Of a stretch of DNA of 21,881 bases, positions 8,261-18,189 are shown in pieces; within the stretch, counting starts at the first letter, position 1, and each line of letters begins with the position of its first letter. Origin of the DNA: Fidelibacterota bacterium (GTDB lineage: Bacteria > Fidelibacterota > Marinisomatia > Marinisomatales > TCS56); NCBI GenBank assembly GCA_043822705.1, contig JBDRBK010000198.1, positions 1 through 21,881 on the forward strand, in the 5' to 3' direction. A model generated the notes under the pieces. The model made no database searches, was not told where the DNA came from, and saw only the letters and a list, made by a program, of their open reading frames with translations. A program made the position numbers and the translations under genes.

Positions 8261-8512
8261 ATGGATCATTCAAAACTTGATTTGCTTTCGATAGAGGAAG
8301 CAGCGAAGCAATATCCAGTCAGTACATCGAAATTGTATAAGTTGGTTAGACTGAAGAAAATTCGGCACCGGAAATGTGGTAGGTTGGTATTTTTCGACCG
8401 CTGCGACATTGAGACATTGTTTGTCTTGGTCAACCCGATCGTGGATGGTGTTCCGATTACCAGGGAACAGGAAATGGTCAGTAGTCAGGTGGAAAGGATA
8501 TTGGCCGGTTAA
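8261..8512 (+). CDS. Excisionase-like HTH_17 DNA-binding protein
   Basis: LLSIEEAAKQYPVSTSKLYKLVRLKKIRHRKCGRLVFFDRCDI; RBS GAGG; about 100 bp from the att site. Confidence 0.85.
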   Translation: MDHSKLDLLSIEEAAKQYPVSTSKLYKLVRLKKIRHRKCGRLVFFDRCDIETLFVLVNPIVDGVPITREQEMVSSQVERILAG

Positions 8513-8617
8513 TGCTTGCACGTCTGACACCTGCTGGCATTATATGCGTTCAAAAAGAGGCAAAATCAGGACTAATTTGCAGCAGCGATAACGGTTTATC
8601 GTCGGTGAGGTGCATTG

Positions 8618-8660
8618 CTCCGGAGCATGAGGTCGCAGGTTCGAATCCTGCTGGGCGTAC
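8618..8660 (+). other. att site: displaced 3' half of tRNA-Arg(CCG)
   Basis: Anticodon loop CTCCGGA, 3' stem GCATG, variable loop AGGTC, T-arm GCAGG-TTCGAAT-CCTGC, acceptor 3' strand TGGGCGT-A. No D-arm or complementary 5' acceptor strand upstream. Confidence 0.88.
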
Positions 8661-8662
8661 GT

Positions 8663-8686
8663 AAACCCCTGAAAAGGGGTTTTTTT
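8663..8686 (+). terminator. Rho-independent terminator (probably the original tRNA terminator)
   Basis: AAACCCCT-GAAA-AGGGGTTT followed by a T-run. Confidence 0.85.
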
Positions 8687-8762
8687 GTAGACTTACAATA
8701 ATTGCCAATTTAAGAATATGATTATTTTGCAATTGTAAAATGTCTGTAAGTAAAATCAGACG

Positions 8763-9092
8763 ATGCGGAATACAGCAAAACAGGCCATTATTGTCTTGAC
8801 CAATGCTGCGTCGGAGACGGCAGCGGAAACGATCGCCCTGGAATTACTGGAGCAGCGACTGGCAGCCTGTGTCAATATTTTACCCGCTGTAAAATCATTT
8901 TTCCGTTGGGAGGGAAGCATCCAACAGGAAAATGAAGTCGTATTGTTAATCAAAACGACCGCAGAACGGCAAGAGCACGTTTTTGCCCGGATCCGGCAGC
9001 TTCACGCCTATGCCGTTCCGGAAATAATTGCCGTCAAGATCGACTCGATCAATCAACAATATCGGGAATGGTTGGAAAATGTTGTTCAATAG
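8763..9092 (+). CDS. cutA: Divalent-cation tolerance protein CutA
   Basis: LLEQRLAACVNI, SFFRWEG, E-x-LLIKT, HAYAVPEII. Confidence 0.95.
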   Translation: MRNTAKQAIIVLTNAASETAAETIALELLEQRLAACVNILPAVKSFFRWEGSIQQENEVVLLIKTTAERQEHVFARIRQLHAYAVPEIIAVKIDSINQQYREWLENVVQ

Positions 9093-10122
9093 CCAACGTT
9101 TTTGGCCACAATCCGGATTTAGACGTGTTTTAGTCTATCTGCTGGCGTTGGTAATCGGTGGCAGTTTGGGTTTTTATTTTTTAGGTGGTGAGAACTGGAC
9201 GCTGCTGGACAGTCTATACATGACGATTATTACTTTATCGACGGTCGGCTACGGTGAAATTCATGAATTAAATACACTTACGCGTCTGTGGACGATAATC
9301 GTCATCATCTTTGGTGTCAGCGGAATTACCTTCATAGCAACTCAGTTTATCCAGGAAATGGTTGATATGAAGAGTTACCGGAGGAAACGTATGGAAAATC
9401 GGATTGCGAAAATGAAAGAGCATTACATTGTCTGCGGATTTGGCCGCATGGGCGAAGTCATCTGCGACGAACTGCATCATAAACGCCGGGACTTCGTAGT
9501 GATTGAGCAACGCAACATGAACATCGAAATGTTGAATGAAAAAGGCTATACGCATATTGCCGGTGACGCAACCAATGAGGATATTCTGGTCAGTGCCGGC
9601 GTCGAGCATGCCAAAGGTGTGGTGATCACGCTGGGTTCCGACCCGGATAATTTATTTGTCACTATGACAGTAAAGACGCTGAATCCCAAAGTGTTTATTT
9701 TGACTCGCTGCAGCACGATCGGCTCGGATAAGAAATTCCGTCGGGCCGGAGCCAATAAAGTCGTTAATCCCTATGTGACCGGCGGTCATAAAATGACCGA
9801 ACTATTGCTGGCGCCGGATTTGAATGATATCGTCGAAATAAAAACCGATATTGAAAAAGATCGCTCCCTGGAATTCGGTATCGATCAGATTACGCTGGGC
9901 ATTGCACCATATCTCGACGGTCTGCAATTGCGGAATTCCCGATTACGTGAGGATTATAATCTGATGGTACTCGGTATAATCGAAAAGAATGGGAAAGTAG
10001 AGATCAACCCGCCACCGGATTATTTACTTGACCAGACCCAGAAAGCGATAATTATCGGTGCCAAAGAAGACCTGGAGCGATTCAAGGTTGCATTGGATAC
10101 AAATAATCTCGTAGGCGTATAA
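9079..10122 (+). CDS. Two-TM potassium channel with RCK (TrkA-N/TrkA-C) domains, MthK-like
   Basis: Selectivity filter TVGYG; HYIVCGFGRMG Rossmann motif; GDAT; AGANKVVNP. Start placed at ATG 9079, overlapping cutA. Confidence 0.93.
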   Translation: MLFNSQRFWPQSGFRRVLVYLLALVIGGSLGFYFLGGENWTLLDSLYMTIITLSTVGYGEIHELNTLTRLWTIIVIIFGVSGITFIATQFIQEMVDMKSYRRKRMENRIAKMKEHYIVCGFGRMGEVICDELHHKRRDFVVIEQRNMNIEMLNEKGYTHIAGDATNEDILVSAGVEHAKGVVITLGSDPDNLFVTMTVKTLNPKVFILTRCSTIGSDKKFRRAGANKVVNPYVTGGHKMTELLLAPDLNDIVEIKTDIEKDRSLEFGIDQITLGIAPYLDGLQLRNSRLREDYNLMVLGIIEKNGKVEINPPPDYLLDQTQKAIIIGAKEDLERFKVALDTNNLVGV

Positions 10123-10139
10123 TATATATTATGTATAAT
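10112..10139 (+). other. dif-like XerC/XerD chromosome dimer resolution site
   Basis: TAGGCGTATAA-TATATA-TTATGTATAAT versus E. coli dif GGTGCGCATAA-TGTATA-TTATGTTAAAT: 21/28 identical with 11-6-11 layout, between convergent genes. Confidence 0.75.
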
Positions 10140-10157
10140 ATGCTTTAATTGTATCGG

Positions 10158-12593
10158 TTATTGCACTACCAGGTTTACCAGCCGACCCGGCACATAAATT
10201 TCCTTGGCGATGGACTGCCCTTCCAGAAAACGTTTAACGTTACTTTCATTTTTTGCGCGTTCCAGCACGATGTCTTTATCTTCCGTTGCGATGATTTCGA
10301 TTTCGCCGCGCCGTTTGCCATTTACTTGGACTGCGATCGTTATTTTATCTTCGCGGGCTAGTTCAGGATCGAAATCCGGCCAGCGGTAAAAAGTCAACGT
10401 TTCTGTTTTTCCCAGCCGCTGCCACAACTCTTCGCACAGATGCGGCGTATACGGACTTAGCAACTGCACCAGCGCTTTTATTGAATCCGTGCGAACCCTT
10501 TTAACGGCATACAGATGATTGACGAAAATCATCATCTGGGATATGGCCGTGTTGAAATGCAGTCCTTCGATATCTTCCGTGACTTTGCGGATCGTCTGGT
10601 GCAACAGCCGCTGTGTTTCCGGTAGTTCCGGTGCATCGCTGAATATTTTTATGTTTTCTTCATCGAAAATATTCCAGACCCGATTCACAAACCGGAAACA
10701 GCCCTGCAGACCTTTGGTGCTCCACGGTTTTGATTTGTCCAGTGGTCCCATGAACATTTCGTACATGCGCATCGAATCAGCGCCGTATTTTTCGACGACT
10801 TCATCGGGATTCACTACATTACCCCGGGATTTGCTCATCTTGGAGCCGTCTTCACCAAGCAGCATGCCCTGATTGAACAGCTTTTTGAATGGTTCCCGTG
10901 TCGATACCAGCCCCAGATCATGCAGTACATGATGCCAGAATCGGGCGTACAGCAGATGCAGCACGGCATGTTCCTGGCCGCCGATGTAAAGATCGACCGG
11001 CATCCAGTATTTTTCCTTATCCAAGTTCCAGGCGGCGGTTGTATTCCGCGGGTCGATAAACCGCAGATAATACCAGCAGGATCCGGCCCATTGCGGCATT
11101 GTATTTGTCTCCCGCAGACCTTTTTCTCCGGTTATCGGATCGGTAACACTTAGCCATTCCCGGGCATTGGCCAGCGGTGGTTCGCCATTGCCGCTCGGTT
11201 TATAATCCTGCAACTCTGGCAGCACGACCGGCAAATCCGCTTCATCCACTAATTCCCGGCGATCAGCATAATGAATAACCGGGAACGGCTCACCCCAGTA
11301 TCTTTGCCGTGAAAACAGCCAGTCACGTAATTTATAGTTGACCGCTTTCCGCCCTTTTCCGGTTGCGTCCATCCACTCGGTAATTTTTATTATAGCTTCC
11401 TTCACCGGTAAACCATCGATACTGAAATCACCATCGGGTGTGCTGGAATTGATCATCCGGCCTTCGGCGATATCGGTATATGCCGCCTGCGAAATATCGC
11501 CTCCGGCTACCACCATCCGGATCGGCAGATCGAACTTCCGGGCGAATTCCCAGTCGCGCTGGTCATGAGCCGGTACCGCCATAATCGCACCGGTACCATA
11601 GGACATCAAAACATAATCGGAAATCCAGATTGGTAGTTCCTCGCCATTAACCGGGTTGATGGCATAAGTACCCAGGAAAACACCGGTTTTGTCCTTCGCC
11701 AGCTCGGTTCGGTCCAATTCCGATTTCCGCGAAGCATCTTCAATATATACTTTAACTTCCTTTGATTTTTCCGGAGCTGCAAGTCTTTCGACCAGCGGAT
11801 GCTCCGGCGAAAGCACCATGTAAGTGGCGCCAAACAGAGTATCGGGTCGCGTCGTATATACAGTAATATGTTCGTTTATGGCAGGTAAACCAAATATTAC
11901 TTCAGCACCTTCGGAACGACCGATCCAGTTACGCTGTAAGTCCTTGATATTTTCCGGCCAATCGACTTCCTCCAGTCCTTTAAGCAGGCTTTCGGCATAA
12001 TCGGTTATCCGCAGCATCCACTGTTTCAGTGGTATCCGCTGGACCGGGTATCCGCCCCGCTCCGATTTACCATCGATAACTTCCTCATTGGCCAGCACGG
12101 TGCCCAATTCCGCGCACCAGTTCACCGGAACCTCGGCCTGATAGGCCAGACCTTTCTTGTACAATTGAATGAAAATCCACTGCGTCCAGCGATAATAATC
12201 CGGATCGGCGGTAGCTACTTCACGGTCCCAATCGTAGGAAAAACCCAGTGTTTTAATCTGACGGCGAAAATTATCAATATTCTTGTGCGTGGTGACGGCC
12301 GGATGGGTACCGGTCTGGATGGCATGCTGCTCGGCCGGCAGGCCGAATGCGTCCCAGCCCATCGGATGCAGCACGTTAAATCCGCGCATTCTCTTATAGC
12401 GCGCCAGAATATCGGTGGCCGTGTACCCTAACGGATGCCCCACGTGCAGACCGGCCCCCGATGGATAGGGAAACATGTCCAGGATATAATATTTCGGCTT
12501 GGAATAATCTTCCGTGGCTTTGAATAATCCGGTTTTTTCCCAGAAATCCTGCCACTTTTTTTCGATTGCTTTATGGTTGTACGGTTCTTGCAT
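10158..12593 (-). CDS. leuS: Leucine--tRNA ligase
   Basis: [50 protein letters not shown]. Confidence 0.99.
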   Translation of the reverse strand: MQEPYNHKAIEKKWQDFWEKTGLFKATEDYSKPKYYILDMFPYPSGAGLHVGHPLGYTATDILARYKRMRGFNVLHPMGWDAFGLPAEQHAIQTGTHPAVTTHKNIDNFRRQIKTLGFSYDWDREVATADPDYYRWTQWIFIQLYKKGLAYQAEVPVNWCAELGTVLANEEVIDGKSERGGYPVQRIPLKQWMLRITDYAESLLKGLEEVDWPENIKDLQRNWIGRSEGAEVIFGLPAINEHITVYTTRPDTLFGATYMVLSPEHPLVERLAAPEKSKEVKVYIEDASRKSELDRTELAKDKTGVFLGTYAINPVNGEELPIWISDYVLMSYGTGAIMAVPAHDQRDWEFARKFDLPIRMVVAGGDISQAAYTDIAEGRMINSSTPDGDFSIDGLPVKEAIIKITEWMDATGKGRKAVNYKLRDWLFSRQRYWGEPFPVIHYADRRELVDEADLPVVLPELQDYKPSGNGEPPLANAREWLSVTDPITGEKGLRETNTMPQWAGSCWYYLRFIDPRNTTAAWNLDKEKYWMPVDLYIGGQEHAVLHLLYARFWHHVLHDLGLVSTREPFKKLFNQGMLLGEDGSKMSKSRGNVVNPDEVVEKYGADSMRMYEMFMGPLDKSKPWSTKGLQGCFRFVNRVWNIFDEENIKIFSDAPELPETQRLLHQTIRKVTEDIEGLHFNTAISQMMIFVNHLYAVKRVRTDSIKALVQLLSPYTPHLCEELWQRLGKTETLTFYRWPDFDPELAREDKITIAVQVNGKRRGEIEIIATEDKDIVLERAKNESNVKRFLEGQSIAKEIYVPGRLVNLVVQ

Positions 12594-12795
12594 AATTCAA
12601 TTATTTTGGAGTGCCTGTTCTGTCAATAAATCGCCTTTCGCCGGTCGATATCGGCGAAAAGTTTACGAACATAATCAGGCACGGCACTATCAAATATTTA
12701 CTGGACGGGATTTGTCGATTCAACCGGTTAAGTCTTGCTATCATCGGTCCCTGATTCTACATTTATGGTAATTAACCGCCGGTACTGTCATTATC

Positions 12796-13878
12796 ATGAT
12801 CACAAGATTACCAAGCGTAGCAGCGCCCAGGGAATTCAACATTTTCCGATGGGGAATTGTGCCTCAAATCGTATCCTGCTTTATGCTGATATTTCTATCC
12901 TCCTGCGCCCGTAATATTTACGAAGTTACCTACCCTACCCTCGGCGACGGGAAATACGATTCCGAGTTCCCCTACCGTAGCAGTTCCCGGCAATTGGAGG
13001 AAATCGCCGCCACGGTCAAGATGATCAATGTTATCGGCTTCTACAAAAGCTTTGTTTTCGACCAGGCGCTTGGCCTCACCGATGACCGGATTGACCGTAC
13101 AACGCTACCGAGCCAGGCCAGCGAAATAATTCATTACAACAGTACGGCTTCGGGAACAGCGACGGTGATTCAGTTCCGTAACAACCGGATCGCACTGATA
13201 ACCTGCGCCCACGTGGTTAGTCTGCCCGACACGCTGGTCAATTATTACGATGATAATAAGACAATAATTCAGAGTATCGCCATCAAGGACCGGCAGATCA
13301 ATTATATCAATGACCTGCCCGGCGATGGCGATATTGAAATTCTGTTTGTGGATAAGAAACTCGATATGGCCATTGTCGGCAAGAAATTGACCAGCACCCC
13401 GGTGCCGCCGATCCCGGTTTTCAATTATCCGTTCGGCCGGGCGCGGGAACTGGAATGGGGCAGTTTTGTCTATCTGTTCGGCTACCCGGTCGGCAATAAA
13501 ATGATTACGAAAGGGATTGTCAGCAGCCCGCATCTGGACAATGACCGGGGCTTCCTGATCGATGCCCCCTTCAACCGCGGCAGCAGCGGCGGTATCGTCC
13601 TGGCCATTCGTGACGGTATTCCCAATTTCGAACTGGTCGGATTAGCCAGTTCCGTGTCTGCGAATATCGATTACGTACTGGCACCCGGTAAAACCACCGA
13701 TGCCGACAAAATTGACACCCACCTGCCCTATCATGGTGAAATATTCCTACGCCAGCAGGAAACTATACGTTACGGAATCACCCATATCATCGCCATCGAG
13801 GCGATTGTCAAATCCCTGCGCGCCAACCGGCACAATTTCCAGGCCCAGGGTTATGATTTCAGCGATTTGTTCGATTAA
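12796..13878 (+). CDS. Trypsin-like (S1) serine protease, probable lipoprotein
   Basis: Catalytic triad motifs ITCAHVV, LDMAIV, NRGSSGG; hydrophobic segment ending in lipobox LSSC. The true start may be a little downstream. Confidence 0.8.
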   Translation: MITRLPSVAAPREFNIFRWGIVPQIVSCFMLIFLSSCARNIYEVTYPTLGDGKYDSEFPYRSSSRQLEEIAATVKMINVIGFYKSFVFDQALGLTDDRIDRTTLPSQASEIIHYNSTASGTATVIQFRNNRIALITCAHVVSLPDTLVNYYDDNKTIIQSIAIKDRQINYINDLPGDGDIEILFVDKKLDMAIVGKKLTSTPVPPIPVFNYPFGRARELEWGSFVYLFGYPVGNKMITKGIVSSPHLDNDRGFLIDAPFNRGSSGGIVLAIRDGIPNFELVGLASSVSANIDYVLAPGKTTDADKIDTHLPYHGEIFLRQQETIRYGITHIIAIEAIVKSLRANRHNFQAQGYDFSDLFD

Positions 13879-14543
13879 ACAGCAATTAATTCGGCCGGAG
13901 TCTTTTGGCCGGTATTCATCTTCAGTACAATTGCTGATATAGTAAATTCCCGATCCAAAGCCAGTTTGATATCAATATTTGTTGAGCGATACCCTTCTGC
14001 GGCCAGCGACGTGACAAACGTGGAGTGATTCCGTCCCCGGCGGTAATCCGGCTCGCGCTGCGGATGGCGCAGGTAGCGACTGATGACTTCAGTGGACTCG
14101 CTCACGTTCAGTACCGCATGATAAAACAACCTCCGGCGACTGTGATACAGTGCCGAACCAAGAATTTTCCGGTCCCCGATAGCAATATCGGAAATTCCGC
14201 TGTGACGTAAATCCCGGACGCCCAGACTTTTCAGGGCGCGGATTATCCGATCATTGAACAGGTGAAAATTCTTTTTGACACCGGGCAGTTCCACGGGAAA
14301 AAGCACGCCGGCAATCACCAGCATTCGCGGGGACAACACCACCGCTTCACCTCCGGAGGGACGCTGGTAAACCGGAATCTGGTCGCTCAGGATATGATCG
14401 AGGTGAAGCGCCTCCTCCAGCTTATTACTGACTCCCAGGATAACACTGACCTCCGGCGGTTGCCAGACCAGATGGCCGGCGACGGCATCGACCGTCAGTA
14501 ACCGGCGATCGGGAAAATCATATTCGCGCAGCGTTACCGTCAT
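13875..14543 (-). CDS. Lipoate-protein ligase family protein (LplA/LipB catalytic domain only)
   Basis: RPSGGEAV, SDIAIGDRKILGSA; last gene of a 2-oxoacid dehydrogenase operon. Confidence 0.85.
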   Translation of the reverse strand: MTVTLREYDFPDRRLLTVDAVAGHLVWQPPEVSVILGVSNKLEEALHLDHILSDQIPVYQRPSGGEAVVLSPRMLVIAGVLFPVELPGVKKNFHLFNDRIIRALKSLGVRDLRHSGISDIAIGDRKILGSALYHSRRRLFYHAVLNVSESTEVISRYLRHPQREPDYRRGRNHSTFVTSLAAEGYRSTNIDIKLALDREFTISAIVLKMNTGQKTPAELIAV

Positions 14544-14546
14544 GAT

Positions 14547-15890
14547 TTATTTATGAATCGGTTGGTCGAAGGCCGCGAAACCGGACTCCTGATAAATTTC
14601 GGAAACGGTGGGATGGGCATGGACTACCTTCGACAAGTCGAAAACGGTACTTTCCAGCTGCATCAGGACGGCCGCTTCGGAGATCATATCGGTGGCGTGG
14701 GTGGCGATGATCTGCACCCCCAACACTTCACCATACTGCTTTTCCGACAGCAGCCTGATCAGTCCTTCACGCTGGCCTTCGGTCAACGCTTTTCCGTTGG
14801 CCGCCAGCGGGAATTCCGATACCTTGTACTCGATCCCTTCCACTTTAAGCTCCGGTTCGGTCATGCCGATCTGGGCCATCTCCGGTTTGGTGTAAATATT
14901 AATCGGGTAATTACGGCCGCGATACTGCTGCCGGACCCCGCCGATCACATTGACGGCATGCAGACCCTGGGCCGAGGCGGTATGCGCGTAACGCGAGCGA
15001 CCGTTAACATCGCCGACAGCGTAGATATTTTCCCTGCTGGTCTGCAGATAGTCATTCACTATAATGAAACCGTTATACAATTCCAGGCCAATCTCGAGCT
15101 CCGGCAGCACCGCCTGTCGCTGGGTCGCGTTGATGACGGCATCGCAGTCGAATGCTTCACCGTTAACCGCCAGGCGCCCGTCTTTGCAGGTGACTTTTTT
15201 CGGTTCCACATAGACCGCGATCTTGGACTTGCGAAAGGCATTGTGAATAAAATTGGTCAGATACGGGTCAACGTCAGGCAGTAAATTCTGATCCGGGACC
15301 AGCAGTACCACCGGTTTGCCGATCATGCTGAAGAACTGGGTCAATTCGACGGCATGGGCATTCGATCCCACGATTACCAGGTTTTGCGGCAATTGGTCTA
15401 ATTTGAACAGCGCGGGTATTTCCAGCACCTTTTCCTTTGGTATTTTATAGGGCATTGGCGCCGGTTTCGAACCGCTGGCAATTAAAATATTTTTGGTCTG
15501 CAATCTGCGTTTTCCGACCGTTACGGTAGTCGGACCGGAGACAGTTGCCGAACCTTTGATGACCGTAACGCCATTCTTAGCCAGCAGGTACTCGATTCCC
15601 TGGGCCAGCCGGCGGACAATTCCGTCGGACCGTTTCAAGGCACCGGACCAGTTAAAGCTGACCTTGTTCAGATCGATTCCATCGATCCCGAATGCGGCCA
15701 GATCCGCCAGCGACTGGAAGCGCTTGGCGCTTTCGATAACCGCCTTGGATGGAATACAACCCCAGTTAAGGCACATTCCGCCGATCCTGGACTGCTCAAT
15801 CAGGGCCGTTTTCAGGCCGATCTGCCCGGCGCGAATTCCGGCCACGTAGCCGGCCGGTCCGGAACCAATGATTATCAGATCATAATCCAT
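14547..15890 (-). CDS. lpdA: Dihydrolipoamide dehydrogenase (E3) with atypical NAD-binding domain
   Basis: IIGSGPAG, GGMCLNWGCIPSK, IYAVGD, HAHPTVSE; RBS GGAGG before ATG 15890. Confidence 0.92.
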   Translation of the reverse strand: MDYDLIIIGSGPAGYVAGIRAGQIGLKTALIEQSRIGGMCLNWGCIPSKAVIESAKRFQSLADLAAFGIDGIDLNKVSFNWSGALKRSDGIVRRLAQGIEYLLAKNGVTVIKGSATVSGPTTVTVGKRRLQTKNILIASGSKPAPMPYKIPKEKVLEIPALFKLDQLPQNLVIVGSNAHAVELTQFFSMIGKPVVLLVPDQNLLPDVDPYLTNFIHNAFRKSKIAVYVEPKKVTCKDGRLAVNGEAFDCDAVINATQRQAVLPELEIGLELYNGFIIVNDYLQTSRENIYAVGDVNGRSRYAHTASAQGLHAVNVIGGVRQQYRGRNYPINIYTKPEMAQIGMTEPELKVEGIEYKVSEFPLAANGKALTEGQREGLIRLLSEKQYGEVLGVQIIATHATDMISEAAVLMQLESTVFDLSKVVHAHPTVSEIYQESGFAAFDQPIHK

Positions 15891-15908
15891 GTTACCTCCA
15901 GTCAAAGT

Positions 15909-17192
15909 TCAGATTAACAGCAATGCCACCGGATCCGCCAGAAATCCGATAACGCGGTTCATAAAACGGGTCGCCTCGCCACCGTCGACAATCCGGTGGT
16001 CGACCGACAATGACAGCGGCAGGATATTGCCCGCTACGATTTCACCGTCGCGCACCACCGGCGTGGCCTTGATCCGGCCGACACCCAGAATGGCCGCCTG
16101 GGGATAGTTGATGACCGGAACGCCGAATGTGCCGCCGATTGAACCGTAATTCGTCACGGAAAACGTACCGTCGCGGAAATCAGCCAGCGTCAGTTTGCGC
16201 TCCCGCGCCTTTTCGGCGATGCCGCCAAGTTCCGTCGCCAGTTCCAGGATCGATTTCTTGTTGGCATTGCGGATCACCGGTACCACCAGTCCGTCTTCGG
16301 TATCTACGGCGATGCCCAGATTGAAGTAATCCTTGTAAATCATCCGCTCATTTTCCAGATCAAGTTCCGCATTCAAGACCGGATATTCCATTAACGACCG
16401 GGCCACGGCCTTAAGCACGAACGGCAGATAGGTCAAATTCTGGCCCAACTCGGCGAATTGCGCCTTATGCTCGCGGCGCAGTTCCACAAGGCGGCTTACC
16501 TCCACCTCATCCATGATGGTCATGTGGGCGGCGGTCTGCTTGGAAGTAGCCATTTTCCGGGCAATCGCCTTGCGCATCTGGGAGAGCGCCTCATAACGCA
16601 CCTGTGGTGCGGCAGTTACCGTCGTCGCCAGGCCCGGCGCTACCTCATGGAAAGTCTTAATGTCGGCCTTTAATACCCTGCCATTGGGTCCGGTACCCTT
16701 TACGCGGTCAATGTCGATACCCAGGTCTTTGGCGACCGCCCTAGCCACCGGCGTCGCCAGCGTCTTGCGGGTCACGGGTGCTTCACCACGGTCAGTCGTA
16801 ATTTCCAGACCTTCATTGCTGGCCGGCAAAAAGGCGCCGTCGCCGGCGACTTCGATCGTCCCGACCACGCCGAAGCCCTTTTCCGCCACCGGTTTTTCAC
16901 CGGCGGCCGCCGGTTTCTCCCGGGCGATCGCCTGCGCGGCCTCACCTTCCACCCCGGCGATTTCGATCTCGATCAGGGAATCATCAACATTGATCACGTC
17001 GCCTTCGGAACCGTAGACGGCGCTTATGACCCCGGCCCTGGGCGAGGGAATATCGGTAACCACCTTGTCGGTCTCCATTTTGACCACCGGATCGCCGGAA
17101 TTAATTTCCTGGCCCTTTTTCACGTACCATTCGACAATCTTGCCTTCGGTAATACCTTCCCCGATGTCGGGAAAGCGGAAAATGAATCGCAT
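15909..17192 (-). CDS. pdhC: Dihydrolipoamide acyltransferase (E2), single lipoyl domain
   Basis: PDIGEGITEG, ETDK lipoyl-lysine, GTGPNGRV subunit-binding domain, DHRIVDG. Confidence 0.93.
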   Translation of the reverse strand: MRFIFRFPDIGEGITEGKIVEWYVKKGQEINSGDPVVKMETDKVVTDIPSPRAGVISAVYGSEGDVINVDDSLIEIEIAGVEGEAAQAIAREKPAAAGEKPVAEKGFGVVGTIEVAGDGAFLPASNEGLEITTDRGEAPVTRKTLATPVARAVAKDLGIDIDRVKGTGPNGRVLKADIKTFHEVAPGLATTVTAAPQVRYEALSQMRKAIARKMATSKQTAAHMTIMDEVEVSRLVELRREHKAQFAELGQNLTYLPFVLKAVARSLMEYPVLNAELDLENERMIYKDYFNLGIAVDTEDGLVVPVIRNANKKSILELATELGGIAEKARERKLTLADFRDGTFSVTNYGSIGGTFGVPVINYPQAAILGVGRIKATPVVRDGEIVAGNILPLSLSVDHRIVDGGEATRFMNRVIGFLADPVALLLI

Positions 17193-17211
17193 CCTGTGCT
17201 CCTATCCTTGC

Positions 17212-18189
17212 TCAGTACTCGGCAATTTTTTTCAATTCGTAAAAAATCCGCTCCGGCCGCTGAAAATACCAGTGCTCGCCTTTCGGCAGCGGCGGGATCG
17301 TGTCGAAACCGCCCAGCCGGGTCGGCGGTGCCTCCAGGTTCAAAAAAGCTTCTTCGTTGGCAATCGCCATGATCTCGGCGCCGACGCCGTAGGTGACGTG
17401 GTCTTCGGTAACCACCAGCAACCGCCCGGTCTTGCGCACCGAATCACGGATGGCGGCGCGGTCCAGCGGATAAATCGAGCGCAGGTCCAGCAGTTCCACC
17501 GAAATCCCGGCCTTCTTGGCTGCCGGCAGGGCCCGCTGCACTTCGCGGACCATCGCGCCGTAGGTCACGACCGTAACACCCGTGCCTTCCTGCAGGATTT
17601 TGGCCTTGCCGATCGGAATCGAAAATTTCTCTTCCGGCACTTCCTGCTTGATGGCGCGGTAAATCCGTTTCGGCTCCATGAAAATCACCGGGTCATCGGA
17701 TTCGATCGCCGCGATCAGCAGGCCTTTGGCGTCATAGGGCGTGGAGGGAATGACCACCTGCAACCCCGGGACATGACCGAACATGGCTTCCATGCTTTCG
17801 GAATGGTGTTCCAGCGCCTTGATACTGCCGCCGTAGGGCATGCGGATCACCAGCGGCGCGGCGTATTTCCCGCGGGAGCGGTTGCGGATTCGCGCCACAT
17901 GCGAGATGATCTGGTTGATCGCCGGGTAAACAAACCCGGAAAACTGGATTTCGACCACCGGCCGCAGACCGGCGACGCCCATTCCGACGGCGGCGCCCAC
18001 AATGCCCGACTCGGCCAGCGGCGAATCGAACACCCGCTGCTCGCCGAATTCCTTCTGCAAACCCTGGGTGACCCGGAAAACGCCCCCTTCCACCCCCACA
18101 TCCTCGCCGAACACCACGATGCCGGCATCCTCGCGCAATTTGATCGCCAGCGCGTCGTTGATCGACTGGACCATGTTCATTACTTTCAT
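17212..18189 (-). CDS. pdhB: 2-oxoacid dehydrogenase E1 beta subunit
   Basis: GEDVGVEGGVFRVT, DSPLAES, EIQF, EHHSES. Pyruvate versus branched-chain specificity cannot be resolved. Confidence 0.92.
   Translation of the reverse strand: MKVMNMVQSINDALAIKLREDAGIVVFGEDVGVEGGVFRVTQGLQKEFGEQRVFDSPLAESGIVGAAVGMGVAGLRPVVEIQFSGFVYPAINQIISHVARIRNRSRGKYAAPLVIRMPYGGSIKALEHHSESMEAMFGHVPGLQVVIPSTPYDAKGLLIAAIESDDPVIFMEPKRIYRAIKQEVPEEKFSIPIGKAKILQEGTGVTVVTYGAMVREVQRALPAAKKAGISVELLDLRSIYPLDRAAIRDSVRKTGRLLVVTEDHVTYGVGAEIMAIANEEAFLNLEAPPTRLGGFDTIPPLPKGEHWYFQRPERIFYELKKIAEY

Larger units (their letters stand above)
1..8660. mobile_element. Right portion of a tRNA-Arg(CCG)-integrated element (prophage/ICE-like island); left end and integrase are outside the window
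   Basis: Ends in a 3' tRNA fragment. Contains excisionase-like HTH, XRE repressor, RadC, PD-(D/E)XK nuclease and short hypotheticals. More AT-rich by eye than the housekeeping genes after 8763. No left boundary seen, so including the Fic and ArsR genes is an inference. Confidence 0.8.

Noticed and set aside
8586..8660. Complete functional tRNA-Arg gene
   Set aside because: No D-arm, no 5' acceptor strand complementary to TGGGCGT, and a broken anticodon stem; treated as an att remnant.
12594..12795. T-box leader upstream of leuS
   Set aside because: No GGTGGNACCGCG T-box motif or terminator/antiterminator is visible.
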